Shown: positions 14,392-26,105 of the stretch, piece after piece
Layout: each line of letters begins with the position of its first letter
How positions within the stretch are numbered: position 1 is the stretch's first letter
Assembly: GCF_964355755.1 (NCBI RefSeq)
Contig: NC_092680.1
Location: 19,849,045-19,913,044 of the forward strand
DNA from: Antedon mediterranea
Taxonomy: Eukaryota > Animalia > Echinodermata
Length of the DNA stretch: 64,000 nucleotides
Direction: 5' to 3'
Program-made: the position numbers and the translations under genes
The notes under the pieces: generated by a model
Told to the model about the DNA's origin: nothing
The model's database searches: none
What the model saw: the letters and a program-made list of their open reading frames with translations, nothing else

Positions 14392-14434
14392 AATAAGCAA
14401 TACTACTAAACAACACAAGCAGTACAAAAAGCAT
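14392..14434 (-). CDS. alpha7-like nAChR subunit, candidate alternative signal-peptide exon 1b (MLFVLLVLFSSIAY)
   Basis: ATG at 14434, hydrophobic peptide, consensus gtaagt donor in phase 1, 59 nt intron to the 14332 acceptor, in frame (MLFVLLVLFSSIAYFEPGEHERRL). Confidence 0.45.
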
Positions 14435-17359
14435 AAATTAAACGAGTATTTATTATACGCCATCACCAGTTCCTCAAAAGTTTCGCTGAAGAAGTGTTTT
14501 GAAGCTCCAATGATGTTATGCCTAAACATGTATGCTTTCAAAATCAACTAAGAATCTGAAGCTCAAATGTGATCTATTTATTAGGAGAAGATATACCCAC
14601 ATTATTCTCATTAGCACCCTACATTGAAGTTTCCGTTCGCTTAATAACCCAACTCAACCAATTAACGAAGATTAAGGGAAGACGAAGGAGTCTAAATGAA
14701 GCCATGCAAAGGGGAAATAACAGCAAGAGGTGCTGCAAGAATTTAAATATAAGCGTTACAGTGAGCCCAATGTATGCTTACAAAAATAACAAAAGCTTGT
14801 TTTTTCTAGCGAATGTAAGCTATAAAATAGATAAAAACATAGAAAAATATACATAAAAAGGTAATAAAAAGGAGGAAGAGCAATTGGAAACAAGACTGAA
14901 AATATTGAGCTAAAGATTATGCACTAAAGATGAAAACATGCACTTAAAGTTTTTTGAAAGAGATTGAATCTTGTTTTTAAGATTAAGACAAACAAAATGT
15001 TTGGATGCAGATTTCCAAAGTTAAAACCCTAAATCAGTAATAACTATAAGTTAACAAGCGTGCACTACAAATTAAGACATGAATTCATGAAGAAAAATGT
15101 TCGGGAGTTGTTTTTACAATACTTGCCATTTCTATCCTGTTTCTGTTTCTTAGCCGCCTCTGTATGCATACATTATACATAGGATAAATTAGGGACAGTT
15201 TCATTAATATAGTAGTATCTTTAATCTATAGTTTTTACAAAATAATGAATAGCCCGGAAATATTTTGATCAATTACATCTTTTTAATAGAATGGAACCGC
15301 GATTGGAGTAAAGGTATGAGAGTCTGTTTATTTTCTTTTATTATTGTTATTTTGGTATTAACAAATCATAATGGAATGGAACGTGCAAAATCAATATCTA
15401 GAAGTCGAAATCTAATGTCTATTTTCTACTGCGTTGCTAACGACAGAGGGATGATAAGTTGATGGGATCAACATTCATTCTCAAAAGAAAGGAAACATAA
15501 AATAAAAATAAAATCGGATCAAATGACATAACAAACAACAGGATTACTATACAAAACATACACGTTTCTTGATTTATATAATACGTCATCAATTATTTGA
15601 AAAAAAGAAGATTTTTTTATTATTTAGCCAATTCATCTTTGAAATTTACAGTAAGTTACGGTATATATAGAATAATAAATAATAATTTATTTAGTAATGC
15701 TTTTCTGAATAAAGTTGATGATAGAAGAAGTTATATAAGAAGAACAATACAACAATGTTAATTAAAAATGCACATTTTAAAAATAATTATTGAAATTAAC
15801 TTGTCATCAACCTTTAATCTTATAATATTTCTTATTTATCAGTATATCTAAAATCACGATCGCCGTTATCAACCTTTAGCGCAAGGATGGTAATTATATA
15901 ATTAATTTAACATAAAAATAGTTTCTCTTTGTATCTACGTGAGTAACTATGTAATTGGATATACAAATGACCATTTCCTAGCAGTAATTATTGGTGAGTG
16001 CTTAAAGATTGTAGTAAATTGTTCTCCCGTGATTGGAGGCCTAACCGTCATACAGCTATTGATTGCAAGTTTTTGGCCACTCTGCTGAATCTGTCTATTA
16101 CCTAGCTATTTAGTGTATCTAACTAATTAGCATTTAGATTGATACACTTGTAATGCCAACAGTGAACAAAACTTAAATTAACCGTAAATCTGTTTGGAAA
16201 ATGAGACAGTTGTCTTTTTATTTATTAAAAGGAAGAGTGGTTCATAGTCTACTACAGTCATTAAGAAGACGATCAATTTAATTTGTGACTTTAATTAATA
16301 CAATAGTAAGATATTAATAAAACGACCCTATACTTTTATGGCTAGGAATTGGCTAGTTTGTCAAAATATAAAAGCAGTAATGTTCTAATTCCAGTGTAAT
16401 ATAGTAGCCTTTCAATTACAGGGTCGGGTATTATACTATATCATAAAATACTAATTTTAAGTTTAATCAGGTAAGAGATAAGAGATACTCTAACAGCTGC
16501 AAATAAACCATATATTGGGCTAACAGATTTAAGAACTAAACAAGAATTTTCAATTAATTTTCAAAACTCGAACATAAACAATTTCTAAAAATTGTCTGTC
16601 ACTGCTTACTAAATAATTGTGAAAGTTGGCATTCCGTTAATTGTAGATAGAAAGAATGGTGGATGATAAGAGTAGCTATATGCGGAAAGATGATAACAAG
16701 CAGCAAACTACAGAGATGCTGAAGTAAATGATAACATTCCACATAACTTGATAATTATCATCTTTTTAGATTGTTTTAATCCATATGATTCATTATAGAT
16801 TAATGATTAATAATGTCTATAGACCCAATAACAATAAATATATAATTAATCTATAATTTCTGTTTTGGGTCGAGAGGCCTATGGTGAAAATATTTTTTAA
16901 TTTGCGTTGTTCTCCATTCCATATCTTTATTGAATTGTATTGTTTTTGATGTATAAAGTTCCGAATAAAGTCAATTTAATATATTAATGTCTGTAACAAA
17001 TAGCACTAGATTGAATAGTATTATAGCATTAAACAATGATACAAAATCTGTAACATACATCTACTTAGGAAAGAATGAATACACTCTTCTCTGATCTACT
17101 GTACATAAAATCAATATAGAGAAAGGGTAAATTACATTGCTTTTAAATCACTTTTGAAATCTTATATTTAAAATTATTTTTAATGGTATTTATTTATTTA
17201 ACATTAATTAGATATTATTTTGATAAAGTTATTATTTCTTAGTTGTTAAAATAAATGGTTGATTATCATGATTGGTCCATCTATATTTATTACAATACTA
17301 GGTTCATATATCAATAATAATGCTAACAATATAATTAGATTATAAAACATGATACATAC

Positions 17360-17420
17360 CCACTGGAACCACGATGAGGATGCAAACTAAAACGATGGTT
17401 GCTGCCAGACGAATAGCCAT
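17360..17420 (-). CDS. alpha7-like nAChR subunit, signal-peptide exon 1a (MAIRLAATIVLVCILIVVPV)
   Basis: ATG at 17420, classic n/h-region signal peptide, phase-1 donor GTGG|gtatgt. Splices in frame to the 14332 acceptor to give ...VVPVVEPGEHERRL. Confidence 0.8.
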
Positions 17421-17779
17421 TATCCCTGCAGTTGACGACGCAATATGAAAAACGAGAAATCAGATGGCAAACGCAAAATAACTACATACACATCAACTCC
17501 GTAAACTCTGGGAGAGGAAAAAGATTATCGCAAAACATTCAGACATTGGATTGTCAAATCTGATGTATGAACCAGCACCTCTTTACCTCACGGATGCTTG
17601 TTAGCAGACTGACTTAGTGTGTCCTCGGTTGGATATGCGACGCAACACGTATCTACCGTATCCGATGTATCACGTCATAATGTGTCAAAGCTCCGTGTCA
17701 AGCTTTTATGTTTAGGTGAAACTGGATAAAAAAGACCATAGACTGGGCATACAATAACGACAACAATCACACAGCTTGA

Positions 17780-17890
17780 TATTTCACGAGATTGGCTTAA
17801 GCTTGAAACGTATTTCTATTTTAGCGCATGCTCATAACGAAGAGATCCGAAAATCCGAGAGGTTTTAAGACTGCTGCGACCAATGTTCTC
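17780..17890 (-). promoter_or_regulatory. Candidate proximal promoter of the alpha7-like gene
   Basis: CpG-richer stretch ~360-470 bp upstream of the exon 1a ATG with CCAAT boxes (gattgg ~17790, ccaat ~17880) and an NRF1-like GCGCATGCTC (~17824). Motif-based inference only. Confidence 0.35.
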
Positions 17891-19439
17891 TGCTTGAGCA
17901 TAATTAATAGTGATTAGTATAATACAGATAGGAATAAAACATTATGATGTGATATACTGTCATATATAACTCAAAAGTGGAAGACCACACTCGTGGTATT
18001 ACCAGTGCCTAGCTTTAAAGCACACAATTCCGATTTTGAAGATGTTTGCCTGCGTAAAATGATCGATAACATATCGCAACATAATTTCAAAATAGCCTTA
18101 AGCTTCGTTTACACGAAGCAATAAGAAGTTAGTAACGTGAGACCGAGTAGTATAGCGTTAATCAAACTTCGAAAGAGCAAACGTTTTAGAAAGTGTGTAC
18201 ACACTACGTCATCGGTTTGCGTTTCATTTTTCTTTATGACTATTTAAAATAGTATTATGAAGATATGTACTAACAATTTAAGATGTATCGTTTGTTACCA
18301 CAACTAAATCATTTCAAACGAACGAATCATATTTCGGCCTAGTTATGAACCACCACTAACATTAGATACATTGCTTCTGACATTAGTAATTATTGCTAAG
18401 TCGTTACCCGTATTTTCTTGTTATGTCTCAATCGACTAGCTTGTAATTTGTTGCCATAACTTATGTAATTAATTTCCGCAAAAGAAGTTCTTAAGCGCGT
18501 AGTAAAGTGGATCTATCTAATGTGTTTATTTTGGTGTGTGTCGTTCAGTGTATCGGAATACAAAATGATACATAACTGGTATTTACAATATGATTTTGAT
18601 TGAATTGATTTTAATACTGTAGTATGGTGGTTACAATTTAAATATAATGTCAGTTTCAAATAGTACTAGCTCGCTTTGGCTTTCAGTACCAGTTCATAGG
18701 AAAACAACAACGGTATTCTGTCATGAGATTAATTCTTAGAGAATATGAGTTTTTAGTTCTCATAGTGGACATTACGTAACACGCTGTTCAATATGCTCTA
18801 ATTAAAAATAATTAAGACATTACAACGAACAGATTTTAATTAATTATCAGTAATTAATATTCAATATTAACAGAAAATGTTTGAGTTTGCTAGTTGAATT
18901 ACAGTAACGAACCAATAAACATTTCCGATTGCCACCCGATCCATGTGCTGTACCATAAGCATATGGAAGTATTTTCAACTGTATGTACTGTACATATTAT
19001 AGCCCAAAAATGTGTATTTGCTCACTGGAAAGAATGACGAAATTCAAAGGTATTTATAGCTATTAATAACAACCAATCAAATTCTTATATTATAGTGAAA
19101 TAATTAAATGTTTAACGAGAGTACAGTGTGAAACCAACTCACAAACAAACCGTCATAAAACACGCCACCTATAGTACTTGGCAAAGGTAATTAAAACGAA
19201 CAAAGAAAATTAAAAACATTTTTAATTTTATTCATAAAACAAACTATTTTTTAAAGTTCTAAAAACTGTATTGTATAGTTTAGAAAAATCAGATTTCGAT
19301 TTTACGACGTACATGGAATTTTTGAAAGTGGACCGTTAGCTGAGCGTTAGTAGTACAAAATCGATGGATTAAATCAATAACATTAAATACGAAGGCATAC
19401 AGCGTTATTGAAACCGACATGAATATTTCAAATATCATA

Positions 19440-20390
19440 ATCCTGTATGTTGTCATACATTAGTCATTTACATCATCATCGAATTATTATCTTCAACTGA
19501 ATCCTTCCACTTCTATCATCTCAACATTATCATTTTCCTCATTCCATCAATGCCAATTATTCTCAGCATTCCTCATCATAGTATCATCTACATCCTTTTC
19601 ATTTCATTTTTTCATTCATTTATTTATTCGACCAATTAACATTAAATTAATACAGGACCGAAACAAAGCACAATGGTTAGGGGCAACTAAAGCAAAAACA
19701 TTACTATAACTCAAAGAGTCAGTTGCCCCTTAAAAACATCGAAATACAAGAAATATTGCACCAAGTAAAACAATCGTAGGCCTACAAGCTTATTAAAAGT
19801 CTCTTTATACTCAAAATTAGTATAAGGGATCGGTACATAAATATACAAAATTAACAGATTAATAATCGGAAACAGCATCTCATCCTCTTCCTCTTGGTCC
19901 CATTCTATCAATATCCAATATCTTGCCATTCTCATCCTCCTCATCTTCATAGGCCTTGTAATCATCCTCATTATTATGTTGTTATCATTTACATTCTCAT
20001 CATTCTTGTCTCATCTTCATCATCTCAATCTTCCTAACCTCCTCCTCATGATTTTGAACAACCTCATTATCATAATCATCATTCTCCTCATCCCAACCTC
20101 CTCATTATTATTCTTCCCATACTTTCTCATTTTCATCATCATCGTCGCCATCGTCATCATCATATCATCATCATCCTTATCACTAGACCCTCTTATTCTC
20201 ATTATTACCCTCATCATACTCTTTTCATCATCGCATTATCATCTTTCTCATCTCATAAGTCATCAATATCAACCTCCTTTCATTATAGAATTATCACGCT
20301 CCTCTCCGTACCATCTCGTTCTCATGTCATTCGTCCCTATTATCACCCTATCCTTGATTACACCTGTAACTCCTTTTATGTTCCTCTCCT
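19440..20390. repeat. Degenerate (TCA/TCC)n low-complexity tract
   Basis: Pyrimidine/CAT-rich on +; generates spurious ORFs 19976..20392 and 20020..20217. Confidence 0.8.
19597..19875 (-). mobile_element. LINE 3' end fragment inserted in the TCA tract
   Basis: Minus strand ends TCGAATAAATAAATGAATGAAAAAATGAAATGAAA and has a GGGGCAACT..AGTTGCCCC stem; same terminal string as 47181-47207. Confidence 0.55.
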
Positions 20391-23300
20391 AAATAAAAAT
20401 GTATTTTTATAATAGATATAACGGTTTTTTGTGTGTGTTTATTAACAAATGGATTGTCTGTTTAAAAGTGTAATTATAATAATAAGTGATGTACATGGGT
20501 GAATATACCATTATCATGTCAGACTAAGTAATTGTCAGAATACAGAATTCTACGCATTTATATTTATGTCACTTAACAGATACGCGATCGGGTTCTAACC
20601 TTTATCTAAAACACAAAACAATGGATTTTCTCTCATCATTAATTGAGTTAACATATCTACAAGAAGCATTGAGATTTCTTGACAAGATAGTACCTAAATG
20701 TACACTATGTAAGTACTTTATGTATCCTTCTCAGTTTACTGTGGTCGTTGGAAATTTTATTCTAAATGAAAAATTGTAATTACCATCATTCAATCCAGAC
20801 TAAAAAAGTGTTAATCAGGCATAAATGTAATTATTAAACGTAATTTACTTTTTAATTCATAATAAAAGAGTGGATAGGATGTGATTTAATTAAGTTTCTC
20901 ATATTTTTAAGCTAAGTAGTAAGAAAACAAAAAGTAGAACAGTTTAGATAAACAAATACGACTTAAGTGAGCACTTGGAAAATTGATAAAATACCCCAGA
21001 GCTGGTAGGACCCGTAATACTAACATGAAATCAATTGCTATTATTATTTCATCTGCTAAGGGATCATGAACCAGGTTAGATGCGTCAAAGAGATACGCGA
21101 GTAGGTTAGAGTGCCAATATTGCATAGGCCTATTCAAGCAATTAGAAACATGTACTAATACTACCCTGCGTGTAAACAGTACTGTTTTTACCAAAGGCTC
21201 TAAATTAGTTTATAACACTCAAGATATTTTATTTACGATGACAGTTTAATGAAATAGATGAGCCTACTATTAGATTCAGTTCAATTAAACAACCAATGGT
21301 TCTAATTTTGTTTAACACTAGAAATAATATTCTTTATTTATGATGACAGATTAATGAAATAGTGTGGGCCAACTACTAATTTCAGTACTAACTTGTGTGT
21401 ATAATACTTATTTCACTTGTTTCCACAACAATTTTGTAGGCTATACATGTAATATTGACTTCGAATAATTATAAAAAATAAAGGTACACTATCGTCACTT
21501 CCTATACCAATACAAATCTTTACACACAATCGTCATATTTGTTTTAAAAAGTAATTCCTTTTTAATGTATTGATTCCGCCCCCCCCCCCACCCAACTACT
21601 ATTTTCTTTTAAGATAATGACCTTTTGATCTGGGAACACAACATAGTACAATAGTATAGTACAATATATTAATAAAAACAAACGTGTATACTCAGATTTA
21701 ACAGCAGATCTGGATTTTGAACTAATGAACTAAAGACAAATTGAGCCTATTGCCTCTTTCCTCCATGTCTGAAATCCTAACCATTAATTTATTTTATTGA
21801 AATATATCTCAGATATCAGTGCAATTTCAAGAGAAATTGTTAGTTTTATTTCTTGTGACTACGAACAAATGAGAAAATGCCAAATTTAACTTAATATGTT
21901 CTAAACTGAATAAACAAAAATCCAAAAATGAATAGCGGATGAAGCTACATTTTACCATTATGTTTATTTAGTTCGGAAATCACCATCAAAACGGCGCATT
22001 CTTAGCATATTTACTGCAATTTAAGAATTCACATTTATCATAATTTGATGTGTCGCAAGTTATATTACTATGGCTCTACCAAAAGCAAATGTACGCACTA
22101 TCGGTTACATTGCTCAGAGTCGGTTGATGAAACCATCGAACGCTTGGCTAACGCATACATCTTTAAGTAAAAAAGATAATTTAATTTCTGGGAACATCCC
22201 AATAAATCGATAGTATTTTGTAACTAAAGAAGACCATTGTGGTATACGCGTTACAATTAATTTGTTCAAATTGCTTTGTTTTAAGGACATTTAGGTAACA
22301 ATACATACGCCACCAATAGTTTCATTTATCTCATTATTGACTGAGCTTGCAGCGTCTAAGAGATTTGAAGTGCCGTGAAAGATCCAAAGGGGTGTTTACT
22401 TACACATTTCTTATCAAAAGGCAAATAATTAACTATGAATCTAACCATATTCTACTCAGGCTGTCTCATTTTCTGGAATCAGAAAAGCTCAGACACAAAT
22501 TGGAAATACATTATTTATCAAAACCTTCAGATAGCATGACCTGGTACAATATTAAAATCCAGAACTGAAACTATGCCAAATGTAGGATATTTATGAAGAG
22601 AATTTAAATTATCGATAAATAATAGTGTAAAGCAAATATAATTTCTTTTTATGATCAATTAGACATTATTAGCACAATGAATAATTCATAATTAAACTAT
22701 GCCTTGAAGGTGGGGCCTGTAATTTTCCAAATAGTTTTTTTTTTGCAGTGTAATTTCAACTATTTCTTGACACACTCTAAAGAAATATGTATCATAGTCT
22801 GATAAAGTATTTTTATAAAATGTTTTTAATGTGTTATGCTCATGTGAGGATTTAAGAATGTTACAACTGCAAATATCTTTAAAGTTAAGCAACTAAGCTT
22901 CAAAGAGATAGTGTATACAACATCAAGAATTGAATAACCGACAATGACGTCAAATTTTTTAGTTAATTTGACTGGAACAGAACTGTGTCTCAACCGGCAC
23001 TTCTATTCTATAAATACATCCAAAGGTATATGTTTATAGAAAATGATTTTAGACTTACCTTTAACAGGCCTCCTACCAAATGATGTTTTAAAGTAAAACA
23101 AAATCAATAGAATTAGTCGGAAGAAATATTTGTATGAAATAATTTTTTTAAAGTGTTATTAATCTAAAACTATTTAACAGTAAAGTGTTTCAGAATGTGT
23201 TTCAAGGGGTTTTCACAGAAAATGTTCAGAAATATGTTCACTTTAAATATCTTCTCTAGTAGGCCTATGTTTAATGCTACGATAAAATCATTTTAAAGAA

Positions 23301-23580
23301 AAAGCACCGTGTTGAAACAACGCATTTAAAAATAAAATTAATAGTAAATACCAAAAAAAATTGTATATACCTCTATACCAACTGTCACTAATTGCATGAT
23401 CGCACTAAAATCAATTTGTTGTTACTTAAATTACCCCCATGCTACCTTTAAGAAGAACATATGTCGTTTTAGCAATCGTTTTTTTCAATAATACCCAATT
23501 TGCTGTACGTATCCAATCATATCATAAGAATTGTCGAGTTAGGTTACAATATGAAAATGAGAAAATAGAAGAAAAGTCGT

Positions 23581-23688
23581 TTTTAGTCGCGTGGACGCGA
23601 CTCTATAATTCACTATGTCGGTCGGTCGGTCTGTCGGTCCGGTATCACTATGCGTTTTAGCACGCGACTTATGGCTGTTGGCCTTGTT
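23581..23688 (+). mobile_element. HINE/DINE-1-like non-autonomous Helentron
   Basis: 5' palindrome AGTCGCGT-GG-ACGCGACT, (GTCG/GTCT)n microsatellite, 3' subterminal IR CACGCGACT, short GGCTGTTGGCC hairpin, T-rich ends. This is the established HINE architecture. Confidence 0.8.
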
Positions 23689-25995
23689 AATTAACAAATC
23701 GGTATGTTAGCTTTTTGAAATGATTACACGAATTAATTTTATTAATTTAAAAAACAGTTCCTTACATCTGTTATAGTTATTAACAGAAGTAAGGAACTGT
23801 TTTTTCTTTTTACATTGATCATCAAATCAAATATGAATTTGATCATTTAATACCGTATTAAATGATCAGATTCATATTTTTAATAACCAAATCCAGTGCA
23901 TTTACATATTTGCTGGTATAAAACAATGTTTACTAAGTTAGCTATGTATCATATCATATTTTGCCAGTGCGTGTTTTAACGAAAGATAGTATGCATCTGT
24001 TAACAATTAGGCCTAATTGCCTGATGGAATTGATAGATTGAATATTTACATTGGTTGGGATTTTGTAAAGATTCTAGTGTAGGTTTTTCCAAAATTAAAG
24101 ATAAAATAAAAACTGTGTAAAACAAAAAAAGAATAAGGCCGTAACTTTTCTTCAATAAGTTATATCTAATCAATCAATACACATTCAAATTATCGACACA
24201 AATTGTTGATAAAATGATTAACCTAATGCATAAAGATAAAGGTAAAATAAATACCTGCCAATGCTTTACCTGGTGTAAAACGCGCATGTGTGCGTGTTTG
24301 CACGTAAAAGTACGCTACAAAATCAGTCTCTCTACGAGTGTGACATTAAACCTCTCGGATTCGAACAACTCTGATAATAGGCGACAAGTTTACAAGAAGT
24401 GTGAAGATAACGCTCTGCGTTTTATACTTAACAGGGAATCACAACATCTAAGATCTGTCGATGCAGTATATCGTTTTTATATAAGAATATCCATTTTGGA
24501 TCACGGTTATCTCTAGCCTCCGGATGAAGATCTAACAAATATGCCCCAAAACAGTCATTAACATGACACAATTGAACATACAATTAACAGGCTTCTAAAT
24601 GACCTTACCTTTTGAATGTCTTGATGGTAGTCGGTGATACTAGAAATTAGTGGGTACAAAAAAAAATATTAGAATTTAGAAATGACCAATCCGATAGAAA
24701 CAGAACATACTTTTATCTATTCTTGGATGCGGTTCTCTCGACGAGATCTCGGAAATGCCTTGCGCAGAATTGAGTGTTTGTGCTAGAGTAGTGTATTCGT
24801 GTTGGTGTTATTAGCGAAGGGATGAGGTAATCGATATAATTCTATTTTCTGCATGTACCTAGTGAGATCCCAGAGGATTTCCTTGTCATTGATCCTAGTT
24901 GATATTGTAATCGTTTATTTAGGCTGCTACATAAACGTGTTGATAGAATTTGTCTTCATTAGAAGTGTTAAAATCAATTATGGATAAATCGTACCACTAA
25001 TGTTTGTCCAGTGTTTGTCAAATCTAGGTACGCAACATATCTTATCGAAATGCTCACACTGACCGCAATTTCTTAGTACGTTATGAGATTAATAAAGAAG
25101 GAAACATAGACATAAAGTTTTCCGATCATCAACAATCACAGAAGTGGTTTAAAAATATATTTCATCTCGCAAACGCGAACAAAATAAAGACTAAAAAGGC
25201 TGTAATTGATTCTTAAATAAAAGTGTAGAGAAACTTTTATTGATTGAAACAACATGTGTATTTACTATAATTATTGATTCTGATCTGTATCATGGCATAA
25301 AAACATTCGCTGTTAACTCCTCAACTACTTGAAAAAAAAGTTAACATGTTTTCCCGGAAATGATTATTTTGTTTGGGTTTGCATAGTTATATCCTCTGCT
25401 GGACAATTCATATCACAATACTGTATTAAATAAAAAAAAACCTTATCCAAAAGCATTCACTTTTTTTCTTTTACACAAACATTCGCGGTAATGTGCATAT
25501 GGGAGCTTATGTTTGCTGGTATTAAGTAGGTAACGTTTGTAGCCACACTCAACAACATTTATAGGCATAACTTAAGTACATTGAGGTGTTAACTGCTGCA
25601 ATTTCCTCGGCGAAATTCTTGAAGTAGGGTAAATCTTAAAAGCATATTACAAAAATAAATCACATTAAGTTTGTACTGTATCGTATAGTCTTCAAGGAAT
25701 TGTATTAGTTCAACTGAAGTAACAAACTATGTAAACAAACATAATTATAGCATACACATGTATCATTAAACACTTATATAAAGCATATTGTCGATGTTAT
25801 AGTAGGGCTACCTAAAGTTCAAAGTTCACATGTCTGCTAACTAAAAAAAATGTCTAGACAAGGTAACCATTTTTTTTATACAAACACAAACAAAGCGCTA
25901 TATTTGGTAGGTATATCCTAAAATATTATTATAAGATAGTCAAAATGTAGAGGCCCACAATGTTTTTCGGTAAAATAATTATTTTAGAGTCATTA

Positions 25996-26105
25996 TTAGT
26001 CGCGTGGACGCGACTCAATAGTTCACTATGTCGGTCGGTCGGTCTGTCGGTCGGTCCGGTATCACTATGCGTTTTAGCACGCGACTTATGGCTGTTGGCC
26101 TTGTT
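25996..26105 (+). mobile_element. HINE/DINE-1-like non-autonomous Helentron
   Basis: Near-identical to the 23581 copy; differs in microsatellite length and 2 substitutions. Confidence 0.8.

Noticed and set aside
14329-14547. 72 aa hydrophobic ORF (MAYNKYSF...) as the receptor signal peptide
   Set aside because: Its frame is phase 0 at the GTAAGT donor and hits a stop in exon 2 whether spliced or not; only the ATG at 14434 gives an in-frame join.
19711-20392. Hydrophobic or Met-rich ORFs
   Set aside because: Translation of the (TCA)n low-complexity tract; no domain features.
23059-23155. Third signal-peptide exon (YFFRLILLILFYFKTSFG)
   Set aside because: No ATG between the upstream in-frame stop and the donor.
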